From NCBI GenBank assembly GCA_026770705.1, contig JANJGN010000385.1, forward strand, positions 186,001-250,000: DNA of 64,000 nucleotides, given 5' to 3'. Each line of letters starts with the position of its first letter. Position 1 is the first letter of the stretch. Below, in pieces: positions 11,847 to 23,029 of this stretch. The translations under genes were made by a program, and so were the position numbers. The notes below the pieces were generated by a model. That model saw only the letters and a list, made by a program, of their open reading frames with translations. It was not told where the DNA came from and searched no databases. The DNA comes from Isurus oxyrinchus (taxonomy: Eukaryota).

Positions 11847-12649
11847 GTAAGTGTGAAGGTTTAATTGGTTGTTTTCGAAAATGTTTTCTTCAAACTTCTC
11901 TCCTTATAGAAAGAACTTTCATTTCTATAGCACCTTTCACAACCCAGAACCCTTCACAGCCCCTGAAGAGTTTTGATGTTCACCTACTGTTTAACATCTC
12001 ATCCAACACTCAATGTTTCACAACTCAGACCTGTAACAGGCAGTGTTGACCCGGACCATAAGATACCTTGTGACCTACTGAGGATGTGAAAGGTGCTATA
12101 TAAATGAAAACCTTTCTTTTGTTAGTGAATGCAATCTCTTTCCTTTTTCCATGTTTCATTCACTCTCTCTTATCTCCACTAATGTTGGCCTTCTCATTCT
12201 CTCTCTCTCTCATTCACTCTCTCTCCAATCTCCACTAACGCTCTATTTCTCATTCTCTCTCTCATTCACTCTATCTCTTATCTCCACTAATGCTCTCCTT
12301 CTCATTCTCGCTCTCATTCACTCTCTCTCCTATCTCCACTAATGCTCTCCATCTCATTCTCTCTCTCGTCCTCTTACACAATGTTCAGTATCTCACATTT
12401 TTAAGGAGCGCTGAGCAACATCTGCTCCTTCAGAAGATCCACCTCAACACCTGGAGTGAGCAGTGAATTGAAACTCGCTCACCAACTGCTCAGCTTTACA
12501 CAGGAATCACGTCACAGAGTCAGGACACAAAGGGTTAACAGTTTGTTTACAACACAACACTAAGGCCCTACGTTTCAGTGAAAGGGTTTTCACAATTGTT
12601 CCCCAATTCCTGATTTTACTCACAGAGAAACATCAACCCTTTCTCATTA

Positions 12650-12750
12650 AATACACAGAGGGAGCAGCACAGGAAGAGGTCATTCAGCCCAAGCAGAGCG
12701 TGTGGGCAGTTCCTCCCCAGGCGAGTAGTCGGACAGGTCCTGGGTAAGTA
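12650..12750 (+). promoter_or_regulatory. Putative promoter and non-coding exon 1 of Siglec copy B
   Basis: ETS/PU.1-like cagttcctc at 12707-12715 and a strong donor TGG|gtaagt at 12744, upstream of the leader exon. Duplicated at 14795-14895. Confidence 0.5.
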
Positions 12751-14012
12751 ACGGAACGATTGGAATTCACTTCCACGACCAACACCATCCTTTGTTGATG
12801 TTGTGACTTTATAAAGACAGATTCCAATAACTGATGCCTTTGAAAGATTTCTACTGATTATTGAGATCTGGGTGTGAGGCTCAAGTCTGTTGTACAGAAC
12901 ATTTTTCTAGCTCAAGGGATGAGGGAAGAGCAGGGACATGAGCTTTGGGGTGTCCTGAGGTGGTGAAAGGCGATAAAGAAATGCAAGTCCTTCATTGTTT
13001 TACTTTCTTAAAGCCTTGTAACTCTCTGCAGAGCACATATCATCCCACAGAGAATGAAATTAGTCTGTGAAGACATTGTCTAAAAGCAGTTCTGATCTCT
13101 CGAGAGGTGTCGGACAAGAGGTGAGGTCTCGTTAACTCATTTCTCTTTCACAGCTTGAGAACCAATGAAATACCTGGGAGTGGGCAATGATCAGGAAATC
13201 TTACTTCCTCCTGTCACTTCTCCAAGGTAATATCATTGTCAGCTCGGACAGATTTATGGCTAATCATCTTTGTAAAACATAATTCTTATTGAGCTCTGAT
13301 TGGGAACAGATTCAGCAGTGAGCCAGTGTACAATCTCACACCAAGTCCCATTCACCCATCACCCCTGTGCTCACTGATATACACTGACTCCCTGTCTGAC
13401 AGCAGAATTGGTGGAGAGCAGAGGACTTTGAGGTTTGCATGGTTGGAGGAGAAAGTGATTGGAGAAGAGGAATGGAGGGAATGGAAATTGAGGATGAGAA
13501 TCTTAAACTCGAGGCTCTGCTGGACTGGGAGCCAGTGCAGGTCAGCGAGTGGCGGAAGGCGTGAGGTGTTGAGTTGAGAAACAGTGATAAATACTGGGGG
13601 ATGAAGTCTATCCTGATGCTTGGACTCCGATAGCAAAGGAATGAAATTTGTGTCTTTTGCTGATTTTAGTCAGAATTTCCCATGAAGACAACACAGCAGC
13701 TCCTAGAATAGACAGGCTGTTCAGTGTCACACTTCCTGTCCATTCTCACCTTGCTAGATACTTCAATAAGGGAGCAAGATAACTGAAAGAGAGAAGGAAG
13801 GTAAAACTGTCTTTGTGTAAAGGTGTCAATATTCAGTTTGTATATTTGTCTTTCTCTCGACACATGCAGAGCTCAGGCTAGAGGCGCTTTGTTAGTGTGT
13901 TTCACAGGGTCTGCTGGAGTAGGGTCAGTGCTGAGCTTGGGGACAAGTCAGTCTACAATGCTGCATCGGAATCAACAATACAACAATATGGGGTTTGGAT
14001 CAGAAATAATCC

Positions 14013-14165
14013 CTTAGACAATGAGGATCCAAAGAGATTCATTAAACAATGAGGATCCAAAGAGATTCCTTAGACAATGAGGATCCAAAAAGATTCCTTA
14101 GACATGAGGATCCAAAAAGATTCCTTAGACAATGAGGATCCAAAGAGATTCCTTTGACAATGAAC
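14013..14165. repeat. 28-bp tandem repeat, ~5.5 copies (paralog of 1495-1720)
   Basis: Same unit, fewer copies. Confidence 0.9.
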
Positions 14166-14794
14166 ATACAAAGTGCACCAATGATAGTGAATCAGATTAG
14201 CCAATCAGCTGTGTTGAAGAGCAGACAGGAATGTTAGGCTAATTAGTGATTCATGACGGTGACAATGGGGGGAGTTCTGACGGCTCCTAATCCATTGTCC
14301 TGTCTTGTAAATCAGCACCTTAATACTGACCCTCCAACAGTGCAGCACTCCCTCAGTACTGATCCTCCAACAATGCAGCACTCCCTGATTAATGTCCCTC
14401 TGACAGTGCAGCACTCCCTCAGTACTGACCCTGAAACAGTGGAGATCTCCCTCAGTACTGACCTTACAATAGTGCAACACTCGCTCAGTAATGACCATCC
14501 GACAGTGCAGCACTTGCTCAGTACTGACACTGGGGAGTTTCAGTCTACTCTGTGGGGCAGACGTCCCCTGAATCGGGTCTTGAATCCCACAACATTCTGA
14601 CCCCCTGAATTTGGCTGTGAAACCCACTGACCCACAGGAGAAACTCCTGGTCAATGACTGTCCACCTGTGAGCAGAAATATCACCACAGGGTCAGGACAC
14701 AAAGTTCACCAACATCTCAAAACATGAGCTGCTCTGTCACTTTGATCCAACTTCCTCATTTTGTCTCACAGAGACACATCAACCCTTTCTCACT

Positions 14795-14895
14795 AAATAC
14801 ACAGAGGGGGCAGCACAGGAAGAGGTCATTCAGCCCAAGCAGAGCGTGTGGGCAGTTCCTCCCCAGGCGAGCAGTCGGACAGGTCCTGGGTAAGT
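14795..14895 (+). promoter_or_regulatory. Putative promoter and non-coding exon 1 of Siglec copy C
   Basis: cagttcctc at 14853-14861 and donor gtaagt at 14890. Confidence 0.5.
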
Positions 14896-15339
14896 AACGG
14901 AACGATTGGAATTCACTTCCACGACCAACACCGTCCTTTGTTGATGTTGTGACTTTATAAAGACAGATTCCAATGATTGATGCCTTTGAAAGATTTCTAC
15001 TGGTTATTGACATCTGGATGTGAGTCTCAGGTCTGTTGTACAGAACATCTTTCTAGCTCAAGGGATGAGGGAAGTGCAGAGACATGAGCTTTGGGGCATC
15101 CTGAGGAGGTGAAAGGTGCTATAGAAATGCAAATCCTTCATTGATTTTCTTTCTTAAAGTCTTGTAACTCTCTGCAGAGCACCTATCATCCCACAGAGAA
15201 TCAAATTCTTCTGTGAAGATATTGTCTAAAAGCTGTTCTGATCTCTTGAAAGCTGTCGGACAATAGGTGAAGTCTCATTAACTCCTTTCTCTTTCACAGC
15301 TTGAGAGTGAGAAGTGGATGGACTATCTGGGAGTGGACA

Positions 15340-15379
15340 ATGATCGGGAAATCTTACTTCCTCCTGTCACTTCTCCAAG
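15340..15379 (+). CDS. Siglec copy C, leader exon (MIGKSYFLLSLLQ)
   Basis: Coding sequence identical to 288-327, donor gtaat at 15380. Confidence 0.7.
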
Positions 15380-16070
15380 GTAATATCATCGTCAGTATGG
15401 ACAGATTTATGTTTAACAGTTTTTGTAAAAGATCATTCTTATCTCTTTATCTCTGTAACGTCCTGCAACTCAACCAAACAACTTCCCAGATCTCTGTGTT
15501 ACTCCAATTCCGGCCTCTTGACCATCCCCCGATTCCCATCACTCCAATAGTGGCGGCCGTGCCTTCAGCTGCCTGGGGCCTGAGCTCTGGAATTCACTCC
15601 CTAAACCTCGGCGATGGAGGAGATCAGAGGGTTTCATTTTACTGAGAATCACCACGACCACATCACAGCTGCAGTCAGAATAGACAGAGAGTCCAGCCCT
15701 CACACTTCCTGCACAGTTTCACCATAGCAACCACAATAAGGAAGTAAAATAACTGAAAGTTAAACCGAAGCCAAACCAGTCGGTGTAGAGAGATGAGATG
15801 TTTACACAGTTTCCCTGTGTATCTTGTAGACACTGTGTTGGGTGGAAGACTGGCTTCAGTAAACAGAGTCCTGAGGACCATGAGCCAATGTAGAATGAAC
15901 TTGTCCACTCCTGTGTCCAGGATTCTCTTCCATCCATTGTGAAACCTTGGGGAGTTCCTTGTGTGTCCTGTAGATGGTCCTCACTGCAGCCACTGTGCCC
16001 CAGTGATGGAGGGGGTGGATATCGAGTCTAGTGGATTGACAAACCATCCAGAGTTAAATATTGATATTTA

Positions 16071-16101
16071 TATTACCCTGTAACCCGGCTTCACGGTTCT
16101 G
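16071..16101 (+). pseudogene. Siglec copy C, 3' remnant of deleted V-set exon
   Basis: Sequence matching ~3415-3421 (gatattt) is joined to sequence matching 3770-3800 (tattaccctg...). About 350 bp, including the acceptor, is missing. Confidence 0.92.
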
Positions 16102-16564
16102 GTAAGTGCTGCGTTATAATTACTCAACAATTCACATCCAACACTCAATGGGAAATAACACTAACTGTGACGTTTACATATTAACACAAAACACAGCTTA
16201 TTATAACACACTGTCTGATTCTCAATAACCTGGTGATCGCTTCCAGTTCAGTCCAAAAGCAACCTCTAATACTCACTTTAATATCAATGATGAAAAGCAT
16301 TAACTGTATTATCAGGTTATCCATTCCCATCAATCTCTCCTGTCCTGTTTAAAAGTCTGACGTATCGATAAAAGAAAGATGTGCATTTCTGCAGCGCAAT
16401 TTACCACCTCAGGAGGATCCAAATCCCTTCACAGCCAATGAAATTATTCCTGAATTGTAGTCACAGATGTTAAACACAGCAGGCAGTTTGTGCACAGCAA
16501 GATCCAACAAACCACAAGGTGATAAATCACCCAGATCACTGAGGAAATGAGAAGCCAGTGAACT

Positions 16565-16710
16565 CAAACCTCTGGTCTGATGAAGAGTCATACGGACTCG
16601 AAACGTTAACCCTGTCTTCCTCTCCACTGATACTGTCAGACCTGCTGAGTCTTTCCAGCAATTTTTGTTTTGGTTTCAGATTTCCAGCATCCGCAGTATT
16701 CTGCTTTTAA
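16565..16710 (+). mobile_element. Short Penelope-like repeat with hammerhead-type motif
   Basis: CTGATGA-A-GAGTC-atacg-GACTC-GAAAC-GTT at 16577-16607. Related copies at ~21535, 28560 and 54606. Confidence 0.55.
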
Positions 16711-16960
16711 CTCCAATCTCTGGTCTGAGCCTCTTCTCTCATCCAGTGTTCTCAATTCACATGTCTCGGAGTGAACGTGTATTAAGCTGAGAGACAGAAA
16801 CACTACTGCCAAAGAGCAAGAAAATCTTTCCTGATCATTGTAACCTCTCAGTTCTGATATCATCCTTGTAAAAGTGCTTTCTCTTGTGGGACTGTGGTTT
16901 CTCTTTGAACTGATGCTTCACATTATATTTCTCTAAAAGGATCCATTCTCTGTCTGTTAG

Positions 16961-17257
16961 ATTTCACAGATAAACCCACGATATTCCCTGCTGAAATTAT
17001 TGCAGGAAAGCGTGTGGATGTAAGCTGCACCTTCAACACAACGTGCAATGGAACAGCAGCACCTGTCTTAACCTGGGACACTCCCACTGACGTACCTGGA
17101 TCAGTCTCAAACACTGTAACTCAGCATGGTGTCACTCTGACCTATACTTCTGTTCTGACCCTGATCCCATCACTCAAACACCATGGACACACTCTCAGCT
17201 GCAGAGTGAGATATCCATCTTTTTCATCGGAGCGGACCCTCGTACTAACTGTGCAAG
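16961..17257 (+). CDS. Siglec copy C, intact C2-set exon (paralog of 4201-4497)
   Basis: 297 nt, open frame, tgttag| and AG|gtaatt both intact. Confidence 0.75.
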
Positions 17258-17580
17258 GTAATTACAGACACCCTTCATTCTACATCAGCACTCCCTCAGC
17301 GCTGACCCTCTGACAGTGCAGCCCGTTCTCAGTGTCCACATTCTCATGCCTCTCAAAGTGCTTCAAAGTCGATAGAAGTTAATTGATCTTTATTTGATTA
17401 TTGCTGAATGAAGAGACAAGCTGTCTAAACTTTACATCTCGCACACACCATTCTCCATGGCAACACCTCCACCTATCAGAGACCACTTGCCAACCAATCA
17501 GCACTCTCTTCCCATTAAGTATAAATTGTTGTTCACTTTCTGTTGGTAATCCTGTGAACGGGCTTCTTGATTCCTGCCCT

Positions 17581-17733
17581 GACATCTTAATGTCCCAATG
17601 AACAGAACAACTTCCAACAATGAGCTGTGGTTAGTGATTCCTCACATTACATCCAGGGACACTGGAGACTATCAGTGTGTGGCAGAGAATGAACATGGAG
17701 CAGTGGAGGGATTCATAACCATCACTGTGGAAC
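17581..17733 (+). pseudogene. Siglec copy C, 5'-truncated membrane-proximal Ig exon
   Basis: Matches 10333-10485. The 5' part and acceptor are replaced by repeat sequence. Confidence 0.9.
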
Positions 17734-19411
17734 GTGAGTGTACACAGACTTCAACATCTCTCGCAGATTCGAACACGACACAAACACCCTCAAACATACA
17801 CATCTAAGTAGACACATGCAGACACACATATATGACCACACAGAAAGACACACTCACACACAAACACACTAACACACACTCCCCTGTGGGCTACCTGACC
17901 TCCCTCAGTACTGCCCTGGAGAGTTGGCCTGAATTCTGGGATTTGTGTTCCCATTCATATTTATGCAAGAATATGGAAATTACAAAGTCTATTACAGACA
18001 GTCAGATGCATAGAGACACTCACAGATACTCTCTGCCTCTCCAACTCTCTCTCTCCCTTTAAGAAGCTTCCTGAAAGCTCACCCTTCGAACAATCACCGG
18101 TCCCAAATCCTCCTTATCTGATTTGTGTGATTTTCTTTGTGTATTTGAGAGTAAGAGAGAGGTGGAGAGGTTTAGGAGGAGAATTCCTGTTGGTGAAAAG
18201 CTTACATCATGTTCTCACCTTTCCAGTGCCCATATTTTACATGATGTCCAATGTCCTTGTTCATAATGGGAATTGCCTATGTAAACATCACGCTGTAGTT
18301 ACAGTCTCCTACCAGTGGTGGCATTGTAGCACTTAATCCTTGTGTTTCCCAGCTTTTCAAGCAACTCCACTTCCCAGTTTGCTCCACAAGCTGTGAGTTC
18401 ATTGGAATTCAATTATTTCTCAAACGGTAGATTTGATGTCATTTTATTGAAAACTTCCTCAGTGCCTCCCTGAAGGGTTGACACTCTCTGGGAAGCAGGA
18501 ATAGGCTGGATGTTGGGGAGTTCATCTTTTCCCAAAGAGTAGTGATCCTCGGGAATGTGCTGTCAGTGGGTGTGGTGGTTGCTGATTCTCTGTCGCCTTC
18601 AAGAGGGATCTGGAGTCATTACTGACTGGGGGAGAGATCATGGAAACGGAGAATGATACAGCACAGGAGGAGGCCATTCAGTCCATTGTGCCTGTGCCAG
18701 GTCTTTCAATGTTCTATCCAATCAGATCCAATAACCACCACTCCAATTTGCCACCATCTTCCTCCTTTAAGTATTTATCCAATTTCCCTTTTGAAAGTTC
18801 CTATTGAATCTGCTTCCACCGCCCTTTCAGGCAGCACCTTCCAGATCACAACAACTCGCTCTGTCAAAACAAATTCTCCTCATCTCCCCCTCCGGTTCGT
18901 CAATCTGTGTCCCTCTGGTTACCGAGCCTCCTGCCCCTTAAGTACATTGATACTGTTCACCTCAACCACTCCCTGTGGGAGCGAGTTCCACATTCTCCCC
19001 TCTCTCTGGGTAAAGATTGGAACTGTTTATTAAGTGAGGCCTGTAAGTCCGTGGGGGAGTCCATCTCGATCCTGCCCGATTCGTACACGCGTCCGAGATG
19101 GATTTCCACCCTGCACTAAACGTTTCCAGAATTTTCTACAGCACAATCCTGTACACAACGATTGGGAGAAACATTGGACAGGGAGTCCAACAGCACAATG
19201 ATCCATTCTCACCAATGTTCCACGCTAAGGGGAAAGTTCCGATTGTCCACTCTTAGAGTGTTTACAATGAAAACATTCATTCCACATTGAATCCCAGTGG
19301 ATGGGTCAATATTACAGCAAATGTTGCAGTGATATGAAGCTTGATTGTTCAGCCAGAGTGAGAGATTGAAAGCGGAGAGTCAGTGATGATTTCTTTCTGT
19401 GTGTTCTCTAG

Positions 19412-19551
19412 ACAGTGGAGGAGAGATTCTGCACGTGATCCTGATCCTGGGAATACGAGCTGTGATATTCCTTGTGGCTGTGGTTATCACTATCGCTGGA
19501 GTCTGTGTCTGGGAGAGACAAACAGTGAAAGCAAGTCGACAGACTGTTTGA
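19412..19551 (+). CDS. Activating-type TM exon with intramembrane Arg and short Tyr-free tail
   Basis: ttctctag|, phase 1: xSGGEILHVILILGIRAVIFLVAVVITIAGVCVWERQTVKASRQTV*. Arg codon at 19456-19458. Confidence 0.8.
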
Positions 19552-19669
19552 AGCTTTGTACAGCAACAATCTGGTCAGTCAGTGCGGACAAATAACGTGT
19601 GATGTTGGGTTAAGTTGTAATGAAACTGGTCAGTGTCCTGGTTAGAATCACCTTCGTATCAGAGAGGCA

Positions 19670-20260
19670 TTCCAGCACAGTGGGAGCCCATTCAGCCCAT
19701 TGAGTCCATGCTGTCTCTCTGTAGAGCAATACAGTCAGTCCCATTTCCCCCGCTCTATCCCCGTATCCCTGCAAGTTTATTTCCCCTCAAGTGTCCAACC
19801 AATTTCCTTTTGAAATCGTTCGTCTCCGCTTCCACCATCCTCGTAGGCAGCGAGTTCCAGCTCATTACCACTCGCTGTGTAAAAAAGTTACTCCTCACAT
19901 CCCCCCTCTGCCCAAAACCTTCAATCTGTGTCCCCCAGTCCTTGTCCCATCAGCTAATGGCAACAGCTTCTCTTTGTCTGCCTTATCTAAACCCATCATC
20001 ATCTTGTACACCTCGATCAGATCCCCCCTCAATCTCCTTTGCTCCAAGGAGAACAACCCCAGCTTCTCCAACCCAACCTTGTAGCTAAAATCCCTCATCC
20101 CTGGACCCATTCTGCTCAATCTCCTCCCCACCCTCTCAAGGACCCTCACTTCCTTCCCAAATTGAGGAGACCAGAACTGGACACAATACTCTAGTTGTCA
20201 CCTAAACAGAGCTTTATAAATGTTCAGCATAACCTCCCTGTGTTTGTACTCAATCCCTCG
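19670..20260 (-). mobile_element. Young CR1-type LINE 3' end
   Basis: Reverse-complement match to 8097-8560. Confidence 0.88.
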
Positions 20261-20289
20261 ATTTATGAAAAGCTTATTCTTTCCATCAG

Positions 20290-20655
20290 CACAAACAGCA
20301 ATTTCCAAGCGGACTCCCATCAGCAGACAGAGTGCAATGAAACATCGGCATGCCTGCTTCTTAATGTACGGAGAGAAACCTGGAACGAGAGATTCTCCTT
20401 CTTCTCCTCAGCAAGCTGAAACTTTTCCTTATACCTGGTGCTCCCCAGTCCTGCTGTGTGGACACATCATAACCACGGCATTGTCTGGCTGTGTGCAGCC
20501 AACATGGTCGAATAGGAATGAACAGAAATGTGACATTGCTAAACTCTGTTCTCTGATTGGAATGTGCTTTCTGAATGCTGCACCTTTTTCATGCTGCAAT
20601 AGATTGTAAGAAGCATTTGGGTTATGAATAAAATTACATTGATTAACACAAGTGA
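20290..20655 (+). other. Probable terminal exon / 3'UTR of the activating-type Siglec
   Basis: Acceptor ttccatcag ends at 20289. 20485-20655 is homologous to the gene D 3'UTR (45780-45950, -). AATAAA at 20627-20632. Confidence 0.6.
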
Positions 20656-20974
20656 TTAAAATGCTCAGGCTGTTCTGTAGATATTTAAAGATTAAAATTC
20701 TTGTTTTGCTGCAAAATACTTGGCTCAAAGACATTACTTCATATTGTCATGTTTTCCAATCAGATGAATTCCTCTGTCCATCTTTATAATAGAAATTTCC
20801 AATGTAAACATGTCACATTGTAGCTGCACACACTTGCCAGTGGCTGGTGTGATATCAAAGCTGTCTTGCTGCAGAGAAACAGCGAGAAATATTCCTGTTG
20901 TGTGCATGAACTTCATGTTAGCATGAGACACAGGCATCAGATACAATTTTGTGCAATTTGTACAATGTTCTTTA

Positions 20975-21530
20975 GACAGCGGAGCACTCCCTCAGTACTG
21001 ACCCTCCAACAGTGCTGCACTCCCTCAGTTCAGACCCTCCTACAGTGCAGCACTCCCTCAGATCAGACCCTCCGACAATGCAGCACTCCCTCAGTTCAAA
21101 CCCTCCGACAGTGCAGCACTCCCTCAGTTCAGACCCTCCGACTTTGCAGCACTCCCTCAGTTCAAACCCTCAGACAGTGCAGCACTCCCTCAGTTCAGAA
21201 CCTCCGACAGTGCAGCACTCTCTCAGTTCAGACCCTCCGACAGTGCAGCACTCCCTCATTTCAGACCCTCCGACAGTGCAGCACTCCCTCAGTTCAGGCC
21301 TCCGACAGTGCAGCACTCCTTCAGTTCAGACCCTCCGACAGTGCAGTACTCCCTCAGTTCAAACCATCCGACAGTGCAGCACTCCCTCAGTTCAAACCCT
21401 CCGACAGTGCAGCTCTCCCTCAGTTCAGAGCCTCCGACAGTGCAGCACTCCCTCAGTTCAGACCCTCCGACAGTGCAGCACTCCCTCAGTACTGAACCTC
21501 CGACAGTGCCGCACTACCTCAGTACTTCTC
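20975..21530. repeat. 30-bp minisatellite, variant unit (cagttcagaccctccgacagtgcagcactccct)
   Basis: About 18 tandem units. Confidence 0.93.
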
Positions 21531-23029
21531 TGCCGATGCTGCCAGACCTGCTGAGTTTTTCCAGGTATTTCTGTTTCTGTTTCTGTTTTGGATTTCCAGC
21601 ATCTGCAGTTGTTTTGATTTTAGTCCTGGGCAGTTCCTCAGCAAGGATTCGGGCCACAAAACATTGCGAGTGCTGTGGATCTGCGCCACGATTTAGAGAG
21701 CTGTGCTTGGCACGCCTATTCTAGTCCCAGTCCAGTGTGGTGGGGAGAGTCTGGCAGTCCTGGGTTGGTGGTGCCCAGCATGGTGTGCAGGACGTGGTCA
21801 GTCCCTCACACACGTCTGTCCTGGGGGTGGGTGGCTTGATACTAGGCCGCAGGTGGCACAATCCCAGTCAGGGGAGGCATTTGCAGCCGGTCAATGGGGA
21901 ACAGGTAATATAGAGGGTAGGGGTGGGGGTGGGAATCGAGGGGGGCCGGTGGTCTCTGTAAGTCACAGTATAATGGGCCTCTAGTTGGAGAGAGGTCAGG
22001 TCTACATGGGGCATTGGGATGTCAACATCAGACAGTCTAGGGAGGAGGACTGGGATGTCAACCCCGAACACAATAAGATCAAGGATTAGAGAGGAAGGGA
22101 GGAGACTGATTGGAAGGAGGGGAATGTGCACATTATGCTCCTCCAGCACGATGGGAGGGACTGTGATGGTTACGGGGGTGGGGGGGGGTGAAGTGGGAGG
22201 GGATAGACGCTTACCTGGTGGTATTGCCTCAGCCTCACCCTTTTTCAAGCTGATCCAATGTCGCAGTTGAAGAATAAGCTACAAAACAAATTGGCAGGGG
22301 AGGTCTCCCAGGGCCTGTGGGAGACATCACCCACTGCATCTTTGGCCTGTTTGAAGGGGCACCCGAACAATTCCGGCTTTTCCAAATGATGAGGAAGACA
22401 CAGCTGCACCCCGAGTCCCCTACTGGGGATCCAGAAGGTTGCAATAGCGCTGCGAGGGACTCATGGGCTCCACAGTGACTCCCTAATTAGCGACTGGAAG
22501 GTTTATGTTCATTTATCTTTATTATCCGTTCATATTGAGCAATGGAGCTCCTGATCTGACACCTTTCTGTACCTCATCCAATGCTTCTGTTATCAGGACT
22601 TCCACATCGATGTGAAAGAGCCATGATGATAGCAGACAGTCGCACAATGGGAATGGCACTAGGCCAGTGATCCAGAGGCCCAGGTGAATGCTTTGGAGGT
22701 ACGGGTTCAAATCCCACCACGGCAGCTGGAGGAATTTAGATTCGATTAATCAATAAATTTAATTGATTGATACATTTTTTTCTTATTCATTTCAGGGATG
22801 TTGGTGTCGCTGACTAGGCCAGTATTTGTTGCCCATCCCCATTTGCCTTTGAGAACATATGGATATCTGAGTTAGGATCAGGAGTAGGTCACTCAGTCCC
22901 TCGAACCTGCTCCGCCATTCAGTAAGATCATGGCTGATCAGATTGTCACCTCAACCTCACATTCCTGCCTACCCCCAATGACCTTTCACCCCATTGTTAA
23001 TCAAGAATCTATCTAGCTCTGTGGAAGGG

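Larger units (their letters stand above)
12600..14320 (+). pseudogene. Siglec copy B: duplicated 5' end only (leader 13187-13226, MIRKSYFLLSLLQ), no Ig exons
   Basis: Colinear with pieces of 1-3150 (leader, intron blocks, 28-bp repeat) but ends before the V exon. Confidence 0.85.
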
